From an uncultured virus (IMG/VR IMGVR_UViG_3300027707_000912) (Duplodnaviria > Heunggongvirae > Uroviricota > Caudoviricetes): a DNA stretch of 64,000 bases. The notes below the pieces were generated by a model. It was not told the DNA's origin. It did not search any database and was given only the letters and a program-made list of their open reading frames with translations. Every line of letters begins with the position of its first letter. Positions within the stretch are counted from its first letter, which is position 1. A program made the translations under genes and the position numbers. The stretch lies in IMG/VR virus record IMGVR_UViG_3300027707_000912, one strand, 5' to 3'. Below, piece after piece: positions 55,141-63,647 of this stretch.

Positions 55141-56988
55141 ATGAGATTTAATGATTTTAAATACCTGGTTTCTGAAGAAACACTCCAGCCCGTATCTATC
55201 GCTAGACCGGGTAATTCGAACTATTATCGAAACTTAATCAACTCAATACGAGCAGGCGACGAGATACAAGTTACTCTTGATAAGACTAAAACAAGTCCTA
55301 AGTTAGTAAAGACTATTAAATTTTCCCCAGAGGCCGCAGACAGATTAGAAGCTATTTGGAATCCAACTGGCCGCGACAGATTAGAGTCACCTGATGGCGA
55401 ACAGCTAGAACAAATCAAAACAGTTTTATTACCAGCTAAAGGCGGTGGCGAATATCGAGTTAACCAAATTGAAAAGACTGGCGCTATCAAGCAAAAAGTA
55501 GGCGAAAAACCAGGTGAGAAAACTTACAGTAAATGGTGGAATGACGGCAACGTTGCAGAAGCTATTATGGCATCTGCTGTACTAACAAAATTTGAAAAAG
55601 AGGGTGCTGAATTAGAAGCCAAGGATGTATTTGGTACAGCACAACGCATTGAAGGTACAAGTATTAAAAGCACAGCATTTGGTAAAGCTATAGAACTTAA
55701 TATTGCACTGGCAGGTGAAGACTTTAAAGCATTTATAATGTCTGCACGTAATCCTCAAGAATTTTTAAAATATGAAAATTCAAAACAAGTATACAAAATG
55801 TTTAGTGATTGCGCAACATACGTTAATCAATCAAGTGCTGTTAAATCTGCATTAGAAAAAATTAAAAATGCCGATACTAAAGATGTAATCTCAGTTACAG
55901 CTGATGGCGCAACACACGAAGCCCAACATAGTACAAAAGCAGACTTATGGATTGCTCTTAATGGAACTAAAGAAAAACTATTAAGTATTAAAACAAGCAC
56001 AGTTAAGCATATTGGCGGATATGCTGGTTATGAGTTTGATAAAATTGATACATTCTTAAACAGTGTATTAGGCATACACTTACCCGAAGAAATAAAGAAA
56101 AAGTTTAAGATGGTGCCGTTGCAGTTTTCACCAAAGAATCCTCCAACAGACGAAACTGGTAATCTATTGTTTCCGGATTGGAAGAAAGGTGATCCTGCTC
56201 CAGAAGGATACTTATATTCTAAAGAAAGAGAACCTATCGCTAAAGCGGCACGCGATTATAATTCTAGAATTGCTATTCCTGCGGCCTATAAGTACATGGA
56301 TAAAGAACTAAAGAAATTATTGTCCGGTAGTGCTAATGAGTATGATTTTGTTAAAGAAGTGACAACCGGAGTGGTACATCATGCAACTCTAGGACAAGAT
56401 GTTCGTGTAGTAGTTATTAGCCCTTCAGCTAAAGAAGCATATAAAGAATTATCGTTTGGCCCGGAATTTCATGAAGCACTAAAAAATTACAATCTAACAC
56501 ACGAATTAACAATCTCTGAAAAAACTTGTATCTTAAAGATTTACGGTTTTGCTGTAACTGATTTAGGAAAACGCATTAATAATGGTGATAGTATGTTTGT
56601 ACAACTACGTACATATAACCAAGACAAAACTACACGCAACGTAGTTGAAATGGGCGGTTTGTTGAAGAAACTTACTGACATAACTCAACAAGAAGGTGCA
56701 GATACTGCATCAACGTTTGATACACGGGCTAAACCAGTATTTGACCAACCAACGGCAACTAGCCCTGCAAAAACAAAAACAGAGCCAAATGCCGCAGTTA
56801 AAGCAACTACTACACAAGCACCAATGCCAACTGTTCCTACATCACAACAACCTGCAGACGTTTCACAGCAATCGCAACTAGCTAACGATGAAGAAAAGGT
56901 TGCAGAACAACACAAATGGCAACCCCACAAAGATGAACATGTAAGTGAATTACAACGCATGTTACATTTAGCAAAATACTCACACTAA
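55141..56988 (+). CDS. large putative internal virion protein, possible PD-(D/E)XK-like domain
   Basis: MRFNDF leader; GNVAE..KADL..SIK; C-terminal ELQRMLHLA. Confidence 0.55.
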   Translation: MRFNDFKYLVSEETLQPVSIARPGNSNYYRNLINSIRAGDEIQVTLDKTKTSPKLVKTIKFSPEAADRLEAIWNPTGRDRLESPDGEQLEQIKTVLLPAKGGGEYRVNQIEKTGAIKQKVGEKPGEKTYSKWWNDGNVAEAIMASAVLTKFEKEGAELEAKDVFGTAQRIEGTSIKSTAFGKAIELNIALAGEDFKAFIMSARNPQEFLKYENSKQVYKMFSDCATYVNQSSAVKSALEKIKNADTKDVISVTADGATHEAQHSTKADLWIALNGTKEKLLSIKTSTVKHIGGYAGYEFDKIDTFLNSVLGIHLPEEIKKKFKMVPLQFSPKNPPTDETGNLLFPDWKKGDPAPEGYLYSKEREPIAKAARDYNSRIAIPAAYKYMDKELKKLLSGSANEYDFVKEVTTGVVHHATLGQDVRVVVISPSAKEAYKELSFGPEFHEALKNYNLTHELTISEKTCILKIYGFAVTDLGKRINNGDSMFVQLRTYNQDKTTRNVVEMGGLLKKLTDITQQEGADTASTFDTRAKPVFDQPTATSPAKTKTEPNAAVKATTTQAPMPTVPTSQQPADVSQQSQLANDEEKVAEQHKWQPHKDEHVSELQRMLHLAKYSH

Positions 56989-57072
56989 GTTTGTTTTAGA
57001 ACAAGAAAAAGCAGTCATTTAATGATTCCCCACCTCATAGTAAATACTGGTGAGGAACCTCGGGAGCGAAAA

Positions 57073-57504
57073 ATGTTAGACGGAATTAAGTCCGCCACAA
57101 CTACCCTTAAATCTGCGCAAAGTGCAGGCAAGGAATTAGGAGCAGTTGTATCAAGCCAACAGGCTGATATGGAAGCTACCGTTCAGCGCGAGCATGAATC
57201 CCGTATAAAATCTAAACTAGCAGAGCAACATCGAAAATCAACTCTTGAGTATAGAGCTCTTGAAAAATTTGAGACTAAGATGAAGTACGAGCGAGATGTA
57301 GCTAGACTAAAGGCTGAAACTATTCAAAAATACGGCAAGGATGCGTGGATCAAAGTAGAAGCTGAAAAAGCTGTTATAGAAAAAGAATATAAAGCTGAAT
57401 TATCTGCAATGGATCGCGACCGACAAAAACAAATTGATGTGTTGTGCTGGTGTTTTGTAGCTGGCACATTAGTTACTTACTTTTTTAAACTATACAAAAT
57501 ATGA
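57073..57504 (+). CDS. coiled-coil protein with C-terminal TM
   Basis: GGGAG RBS; helical, terminal hydrophobic segment. Confidence 0.65.
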   Translation: MLDGIKSATTTLKSAQSAGKELGAVVSSQQADMEATVQREHESRIKSKLAEQHRKSTLEYRALEKFETKMKYERDVARLKAETIQKYGKDAWIKVEAEKAVIEKEYKAELSAMDRDRQKQIDVLCWCFVAGTLVTYFFKLYKI

Positions 57505-57581
57505 GATTGCCACAAATTGTTCTGATATTAACATTATTAGTCACTGCGTTCTTGATATGGATGGAATGGCAATTGAAGTAA
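57501..57581 (+). CDS. 26-aa single-TM peptide (not in ORF track)
   Basis: MRLPQIVLILTLLVTAFLIWMEWQLK; ATGA overlap. Confidence 0.45.
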   Translation: MRLPQIVLILTLLVTAFLIWMEWQLK

Positions 57582-57588
57582 TTAACAC

Positions 57589-58371
57589 CTAGCGTCCTAT
57601 ATATACTTTAGGCTCTGCTTCAGATTGTCGCTGTTTTTCAGACTTGGGAAATAACTCGTTGCCGTATTGTGGGTATTTTTGCTGGCGATCATGTGCTACC
57701 CACATGAACACTCCGCCCATGATAATGATGATGATCATGATTGCTACACCGATGATCAACTCTTCTCTCAGCTGTTTCATACGGGCCGCACGTCTACGAT
57801 CCTGTACCTCCTGAATTTTCATTTGCTTGATGATGAGAACTTTTTGTTCCTTACCCATTTCTCTCATCATCTCTTCTACTTCTGTATAAAGCGCACCCAG
57901 TTCTTTAGGGCTTTGATACACCATTATCTCACGCAGTTCAGTGCCCATTTGTTCCAATTGCTTGCGCATCAACACACGTTGTAAGGCACGTTTACCTAGG
58001 CTGTCATCTCCAGTATAAACTTGTGTTTTACTGCGACGTTCTTCTTCAGCAAAGATTGCCATACACTTGTTTAAGTTATCGTAATATGCGCCAAGATGAT
58101 TGCCAATCTCTGTGTAAACACCGGTATGCTCGCCCGAGTTAGCCTTTTTGTTTAACTCGACAACTTCGTTTTTTGTACGAATGTATTGATTACGTTGCTC
58201 TACTGTGGCTGGTTTTTCAGCCGGGTGAAGTTTTTGGAACTGTGCATCAAGATCTTTGAGTACATCCTTGACATCACCCGCCGCACCTTTGATATCTTTA
58301 TAAAGTTTACAGCCAGCCTTGACTGCGGACACTGCGGCATTGGCCAGTGCAAAGAGTGTTAAGGGATCCAT
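57589..58371 (-). CDS. MDP-leader coiled-coil membrane protein
   Basis: MDPLTLFALANAAVS.., ELREIM, TM near C-terminus. Confidence 0.7.
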   Translation of the reverse strand: MDPLTLFALANAAVSAVKAGCKLYKDIKGAAGDVKDVLKDLDAQFQKLHPAEKPATVEQRNQYIRTKNEVVELNKKANSGEHTGVYTEIGNHLGAYYDNLNKCMAIFAEEERRSKTQVYTGDDSLGKRALQRVLMRKQLEQMGTELREIMVYQSPKELGALYTEVEEMMREMGKEQKVLIIKQMKIQEVQDRRRAARMKQLREELIIGVAIMIIIIIMGGVFMWVAHDRQQKYPQYGNELFPKSEKQRQSEAEPKVYIGR

Positions 58372-58616
58372 TACTTGACCTCTTTCCGATAGCGATATTC
58401 AACACAAATCAATGTTCTATTGCTGACATCACCAATCCAAGCAGTTCTAACACATTGGGCAACACCCTGATTGAGCGTTACTTCACGTTCTCGACTGGGT
58501 AATTCTCTAGCTACATTGGGACGATCACCGCCGTACATGGGTGAACTTGACACTATCGTAGAAACACACAGAGTCGATAATGCCAGGACCACAATTATTC
58601 TGTTTAGGGTTTCCAT
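58371..58616 (-). CDS. small secreted Cys-hairpin protein
   Basis: signal peptide; CVRTAWIGDVSNRTLICVE. Confidence 0.6.
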   Translation of the reverse strand: METLNRIIVVLALSTLCVSTIVSSSPMYGGDRPNVARELPSREREVTLNQGVAQCVRTAWIGDVSNRTLICVEYRYRKEVK

Positions 58617-58759
58617 CTATTTTCTCTCTTGCGCCATTCTAAACATATCACTGTGCGATTGTAAACGTCACCGGTCCATGTCCAACGCACACACTCCCAC
58701 TCTGGCCATTTCTTAACTGGTTCTTGTGCAAGGGCTAGCATCAATATCCATTCGTACAT
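58604..58759 (-). CDS. small Cys-hairpin protein (51 aa, not in ORF track)
   Basis: MYEWILMLALAQ..CVRWTWTGDVYNRTVICLE. Confidence 0.6.
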   Translation of the reverse strand: MYEWILMLALAQEPVKKWPEWECVRWTWTGDVYNRTVICLEWRKRENRWKP

Positions 58760-58761
58760 GA

Positions 58762-58875
58762 TCATTTTCTATCTTTGAGCCAATCTTTAAACATGACACA
58801 AAATATAGCCACTAATGGAGTCATTGACAATAAGAACAGCAGATCATTGAATGTGATAATAATGTTGAAGTACAT
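58762..58875 (-). CDS. 37-aa membrane peptide (not in ORF track)
   Basis: AAGGA RBS; hydrophobic core, basic C-terminus. Confidence 0.5.
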   Translation of the reverse strand: MYFNIIITFNDLLFLLSMTPLVAIFCVMFKDWLKDRK

Positions 58876-58886
58876 ACGTTCCTTTG

Positions 58887-59501
58887 TTAATTTTTAGCAT
58901 AATCTTCGCGTTCTTTCTTTTCACGAGCTTCGCGTTCTTTTTGTTGTTGACGAATAACTAGATTTCTCTTGACAACCTTTTCTTCATAAATTCGTTTTTC
59001 TTCCATCTGGCCGTAAATGCCAACACCGCCCATGGCAAATGCAAATACAATCACTGACCCTGCTAGGAAATACATGCCAAAAATAAACGTATCAGCCATT
59101 TTTTTCTTGTGTGCTAGTTCACGTTCTTCTTCTGCACGTTGGGCTTCTGCACGGGCTTTGAACAGCCTGGTGCGCTCGGTAATCATTTGTTCCCAGATTT
59201 GAGGTTTACCTAACTGCCAAAGAATCATGTCTTTGAGTTCACGCTCTGCTTGACGTAGGGCATCACTATGCATGGCAATTTGTAGGGCTTCGTGCCCCAA
59301 TTCAGCATCAGTTTTGCCCAGTATGTTAGCTTTGGCTTTTAACTTTGTTCGTTCACGATGTATAGAATCTGATGATTCAAAGAATTTGCTGAATTGCCCT
59401 ACTAGACTGTTGATATCCTTGCCCAGAGCTATGGCTTGCTTTATATGGCTGACCGCAGATTGTGCAGCCGCAAAGGCTAATCCGATAGTGATTGGATCCA
59501 T
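58887..59501 (-). CDS. MDP-leader coiled-coil membrane protein
   Basis: MDPITIGLAFAAAQSAVS.., ELKDMIL, TM; AGGAG RBS and TAAATA. Confidence 0.7.
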   Translation of the reverse strand: MDPITIGLAFAAAQSAVSHIKQAIALGKDINSLVGQFSKFFESSDSIHRERTKLKAKANILGKTDAELGHEALQIAMHSDALRQAERELKDMILWQLGKPQIWEQMITERTRLFKARAEAQRAEEERELAHKKKMADTFIFGMYFLAGSVIVFAFAMGGVGIYGQMEEKRIYEEKVVKRNLVIRQQQKEREAREKKEREDYAKN

Positions 59502-59546
59502 AGTCGCTCCTGACCCGTTATATTATATTTACTAAATTACAGCCAC

Positions 59547-59571
59547 AAAAAAAGAGCTTGAAAGCTCTTTT
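59547..59571 (-). terminator. intrinsic terminator
   Basis: AAAAGAGCT-TGAA-AGCTCTTTT, T7 run on - strand. Confidence 0.8.
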
Positions 59572-59587
59572 CTATGTTTGTTTATTA

Positions 59588-60295
59588 TTAATGTGTTCTA
59601 AGACGTGCTAATCCTACCGTTCTAAATATAGTGAACCACATCCAACCAATATCAAATTCAAACCAACGACGACTTAGTTTAGGATTAGCAGGATCTAAGT
59701 GATGATTGTTGTGTAGTTCTTCTCCACCAATCAATATACCCCAAGGCACTACATTATGCGAATGGTCTTTGGTTTCGCCATTGCGATAACCCCACCAGTG
59801 TCCAATGCCGTTGATAAAGCCAGCGGCCCAGAAAGGTATCCATATCATTTGTACACCCCACACTAAAAATCCCCATGGCCCAAATAACAATAGGTCTATA
59901 ACCAGCATTACAAGAATGCCAAGGCGATGGTGAGGTGTATAAAGTTTACGTTCGATCCAGTCTTTAGGAGTACCCATGCCATATTTCATAACCATGTGGG
60001 CATCGCTGCCTGCTTGATTATAATACTTGACTCCACCAAACACTAGATTCCAGATACCGAATACATGCGGGCTATGTGGGTCACCTTCTACGTCTGTATT
60101 TTGATGATGCTTACGATGTACTGCTACCCATTGCTTGGTAGTCATGCCAGTAGTTAGCCATAACCAAAATCGCATAAAATGACTTAATATTGGGTGGAAT
60201 TCAATTCCCTTGTGTGCTTGGCATCTGTGTAGGTATAGTGTAACTGACACTATTGTGATGTGCGTCATCACTAACGTAGCTATAATTTCTATCAT
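59588..60295 (-). CDS. membrane fatty acid (delta-9-type) desaturase
   Basis: His boxes HRCQAH, HRKHH, HNNHH. Confidence 0.93.
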   Translation of the reverse strand: MIEIIATLVMTHITIVSVTLYLHRCQAHKGIEFHPILSHFMRFWLWLTTGMTTKQWVAVHRKHHQNTDVEGDPHSPHVFGIWNLVFGGVKYYNQAGSDAHMVMKYGMGTPKDWIERKLYTPHHRLGILVMLVIDLLLFGPWGFLVWGVQMIWIPFWAAGFINGIGHWWGYRNGETKDHSHNVVPWGILIGGEELHNNHHLDPANPKLSRRWFEFDIGWMWFTIFRTVGLARLRTH

Positions 60296-60930
60296 GTAAT
60301 ATTTAGCTGGTTTACAAAGTCTAAAAGTAAATTATGTCTACTGTTATAGTTGCCTTGCAACCATGTATAGCTATTGTACCAAAATTGTTCAGCTTCCGGA
60401 TGGCATCCTATAAGCCCTATGTTGTTTTGTATTATAGCCATAGCATCGCCGTTGGCATAAGTTGCTATAGTATTAAACTTGCTAGAATCTCCAACTAAGG
60501 CACACCCGTCATAAAAAAACATCCTGTTAGGATGTCCTTGCCAAACTATGTTTATATCTTTAGCATGTGGTCTACGGGTATCTGTGTTAGGCCGTGTAAT
60601 ATATTGTACAGCGTCAACACTGTCCAACAAGTTCAAATAATATGATCCTGCCCAGTATGCGCCCATACAGATACCTAAATATTTGCCACCATTAGTTACA
60701 AACTTCTTAACACTATTTTGATTTGCGTTGAATAAGCGATCGAATGAATCAGCATCACCAAAGCCGCCAGGCACAGCTACAATGTCAACATTGTCAAAAA
60801 ACCCATCTTCTACTTCACTTTTACTAAACAGTTTGAATGTGTAGTCGCTACTTAATGCTGTTATTATGCCGTTAGCACTTTGTACAGAACAATAGGGATC
60901 TGCTACAAACAATGCTATAGTAGTTTTCAT
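60292..60930 (-). CDS. BPL-N-like class I glutamine amidotransferase-fold protein
   Basis: VPGG, YLGICMGAY, HPE. Confidence 0.8.
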   Translation of the reverse strand: MKTTIALFVADPYCSVQSANGIITALSSDYTFKLFSKSEVEDGFFDNVDIVAVPGGFGDADSFDRLFNANQNSVKKFVTNGGKYLGICMGAYWAGSYYLNLLDSVDAVQYITRPNTDTRRPHAKDINIVWQGHPNRMFFYDGCALVGDSSKFNTIATYANGDAMAIIQNNIGLIGCHPEAEQFWYNSYTWLQGNYNSRHNLLLDFVNQLNIT

Positions 60931-60956
60931 AATACTCCTTAACTGCTAGTTTGTGT

Positions 60957-62159
60957 CTAGATTTTTGGTATGACTAATTCATCGCCTATGAAAATTACAT
61001 CTGGATTTTTGATTTGTGGGTTAGCTTTAACTAACGCATTTATATTAACGTTGTTTGATCGAGCTATTTTTGTCAAAGTATCGCCGGCCTTAATAATCTG
61101 CGTCTTTGAACTTAGGCCAGCATTTTTCTTAATTCTAGCTAGCAATGAACCATACCACGACAGTTCTGCTGGTTTCTTGCTTGAAGATGGTTTAGCAGGA
61201 GTAGTTCCAATGTCCAGCGCAGACTTTACTGTGGCTACACCTTGTTTTACAACATCGCCAACTACATTAGCACCTTGTTTTAATTTATCAGCAACCACGG
61301 CAGCGCCTTGTTTTAGGGTATCTAAGAATCCTGTAACTATTAGTTTACCGTTACCATCTGGGAGTATTTTAATTATCACATTGTCCGGAGTCAATCTGTC
61401 AACTTCTTTGCGTAATAGTTCCAGTCCGCCTTTGGGTACTGGGTGACGTTTTATATATGCTACAGCCGCGCTGTCAAAATCTTGATACATCATTTGAAAC
61501 ATTTTAACTTCTTGTTTGGATTTAAATATTAGGTCAGGACCGATTTGATTAGGAACTTGTAACGAATATATCATAAGATGTTCTAAAAAGTTTCGTTCAC
61601 CGGTATTTTCAAGGCCAAGCCCTGAAACCTGTTCACCACTAGTGTACAATTCGTCTATGTATTTTCGTGTTCTTGGGTTTACATTATTGACTATTTCAGG
61701 AATTTCTGTAAGGATGGCGAACCCTCTATGTCGGGCCTCGTGTGCCAGTAAACTGGTATCAATCTCACCCGTTGCTGGATAAAAGTGATCGTAATTTATT
61801 ATTATATTGTAATGGTACTCTTTTCGTATTTGATATCCTCGGGTACTAGGATCACGGTTTCCAGTGTAGGCAGTTGGATAATATTCGCCGGCTATTGAAG
61901 TTTTATCGTCAATACGAAAGCCAAGCTCCTTAGCACTATCTGGATCAGCTACCCCAATCCTTGCTGGACTTTTTAGTTTTACATCAAGTATACTTTGGCT
62001 GTTAGGATCGCCAGCAAGCCCTAAAAATACAAGGCCGTCGATTTTGCCGTGGCCGGCACGGTCTGGATCTGTAGCTAACGCGGCCATGGCTAGTTTAAAT
62101 TTAGCCCAGTCAATTTTAGGATCGTGGACATTTTCTGCTAATAATTCGGAAATTTTCAT
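60957..62159 (-). CDS. zincin-like domain plus C-terminal LysM; putative internal virion protein
   Basis: MKISELLAE leader; AHEARH; GDTLTKIA..NPQIKNPDVIFIGDELVIP. Confidence 0.75.
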   Translation of the reverse strand: MKISELLAENVHDPKIDWAKFKLAMAALATDPDRAGHGKIDGLVFLGLAGDPNSQSILDVKLKSPARIGVADPDSAKELGFRIDDKTSIAGEYYPTAYTGNRDPSTRGYQIRKEYHYNIIINYDHFYPATGEIDTSLLAHEARHRGFAILTEIPEIVNNVNPRTRKYIDELYTSGEQVSGLGLENTGERNFLEHLMIYSLQVPNQIGPDLIFKSKQEVKMFQMMYQDFDSAAVAYIKRHPVPKGGLELLRKEVDRLTPDNVIIKILPDGNGKLIVTGFLDTLKQGAAVVADKLKQGANVVGDVVKQGVATVKSALDIGTTPAKPSSSKKPAELSWYGSLLARIKKNAGLSSKTQIIKAGDTLTKIARSNNVNINALVKANPQIKNPDVIFIGDELVIPKI

Positions 62160-62187
62160 ATTAATATCTTATCAAGATTATTTATTC

Positions 62188-62214
62188 AAAAAAATAGGAT
62201 CTAAAAAGATCCTA
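62188..62214 (-). terminator. intrinsic terminator
   Basis: TAGGATCT-4nt-AGATCCTA with T7 on - strand. Confidence 0.75.
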
Positions 62215-62264
62215 GCTAGCTACTTGTCCTATTGTACGCCGCTAGCCCGGCGAGTTACTTGCTA

Positions 62265-62582
62265 TTAAGCTGTTTTTTGTTCTGTTTCAACAAAAGCAAC
62301 TACTTCAGCACCTTGATCATCTAACCCACCTTCTGGAAAAGGCCATGTTGATTGTGCAACATGTTCTTCTTCTGTCATATCTTCGTAATATTCGTTTTCT
62401 TCTTCAGCTTGTTCAAAGTCTTCGTCGTCTGCTGTAGACATAATTGATAACATAACTTTGTCGTATGCTGATAATTCATCAACTAGATCTTTCACGTGTT
62501 GTAACACTTCTAAACCGTTGTATGCATCATCATCCAATTCTAAAAAAACATTTAACCCATGTACTGTCATTTCAAGTTTCAT
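62265..62582 (-). CDS. acidic hypothetical protein
   Basis: AAGGGG RBS; Asp/Glu-rich. Confidence 0.65.
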   Translation of the reverse strand: MKLEMTVHGLNVFLELDDDAYNGLEVLQHVKDLVDELSAYDKVMLSIMSTADDEDFEQAEEENEYYEDMTEEEHVAQSTWPFPEGGLDDQGAEVVAFVETEQKTA

Positions 62583-62639
62583 TTTGAGCCCCTTGTGGTT
62601 AGTGTGCTTGTGGCACATAACTATTTAAGTGATAACTGA

Positions 62640-63647
62640 TTACAATGATTTTACAGATACTAAATTATCTCTAAAGATAGCCCAAGCACGTTCCCAAGTC
62701 CAACGCTGACTACCTGCTAATACTTTGTCTCTATCTAATAGCAAAGCATCTGTAACTGCCTGTGCCAAGTCTTCACGCATACAGCCAGTGACCCCTTCGT
62801 CAACTACATCTAATGGACCTTGACATGGATAAGCCGCTACTGGTGTACCACAGGCCATGGCTTCAATCATTACTAGTCCAAATGTTTCCCAACGACTAGG
62901 GAACACAAATACATCTGCCATGGCAAAGTACTTGGCTAGCTCTTGCCCACGCTTGGCACCCACAAATTTCACATCAGGATACTGTGCCTTATATTCTTCC
63001 AGCATAGGACCATCACCTACCATAATCTTAACGCCTGCATATGGCATTTCAAAGAACGCTTCTAAGTTCTTTTCTTTGCTCACACGGCTAACACATACTA
63101 GTATTGGACCATTCACCACTGTGCCTGTACGCTGACTTGGATTGAATATACTACGATCAACTCCACGAGTCCAAGAAATAACGTCTCCGTCAAATCCGTG
63201 TGCCCGTAATTCTGCTACCATAGTTTCAGTAGTGGTCAACACTTTGCCACTGTGCTTGTGGAACCAACGTACTAGAGGCCAAGTAAGTGCCTCAGGGATT
63301 CCAAATAAGGCTCTAAGTCCTTCAGGGAACTTAGTATGATAAGCAGTATTGTAGCGAAAATTATGTTTTGACAAATATTTTCTAGCAGACAGACCAACAG
63401 GACCTTCTGTGGCGATATGGTAATAATCCGCACCCACCGCCTCAATCTTCTTGCCCATCGCCCTTGTATAGGCAATCTTGACTTCGTTGTAGCCAGGACA
63501 ATCAAAGTGGCGGAAGTCCCCGGGAGTAATGTAAACAACGCGATACCCGTCCAGAACCGCACACGCTTCAATATTTGTGTATGTAGTGACAACGCCATTG
63601 ATCTGCTCCGGTAAGTTATCAGTTATTATCAGTATTGTCTTTGTCAT
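62640..63647 (-). CDS. GT4 glycosyltransferase (Agt-like lipid glycosyltransferase)
   Basis: QINGVV, HIATEGPVG, YHTKFPE, FPSRWETFGLVMIEAMACG. Confidence 0.9.
   Translation of the reverse strand: MTKTILIITDNLPEQINGVVTTYTNIEACAVLDGYRVVYITPGDFRHFDCPGYNEVKIAYTRAMGKKIEAVGADYYHIATEGPVGLSARKYLSKHNFRYNTAYHTKFPEGLRALFGIPEALTWPLVRWFHKHSGKVLTTTETMVAELRAHGFDGDVISWTRGVDRSIFNPSQRTGTVVNGPILVCVSRVSKEKNLEAFFEMPYAGVKIMVGDGPMLEEYKAQYPDVKFVGAKRGQELAKYFAMADVFVFPSRWETFGLVMIEAMACGTPVAAYPCQGPLDVVDEGVTGCMREDLAQAVTDALLLDRDKVLAGSQRWTWERAWAIFRDNLVSVKSL

Noticed and set aside
62215..62264. Extra hairpin (CGCCG-6nt-CGGCG) beside a terminator as a small RNA
   Set aside because: Too short to support more than 3' UTR structure without comparative data.
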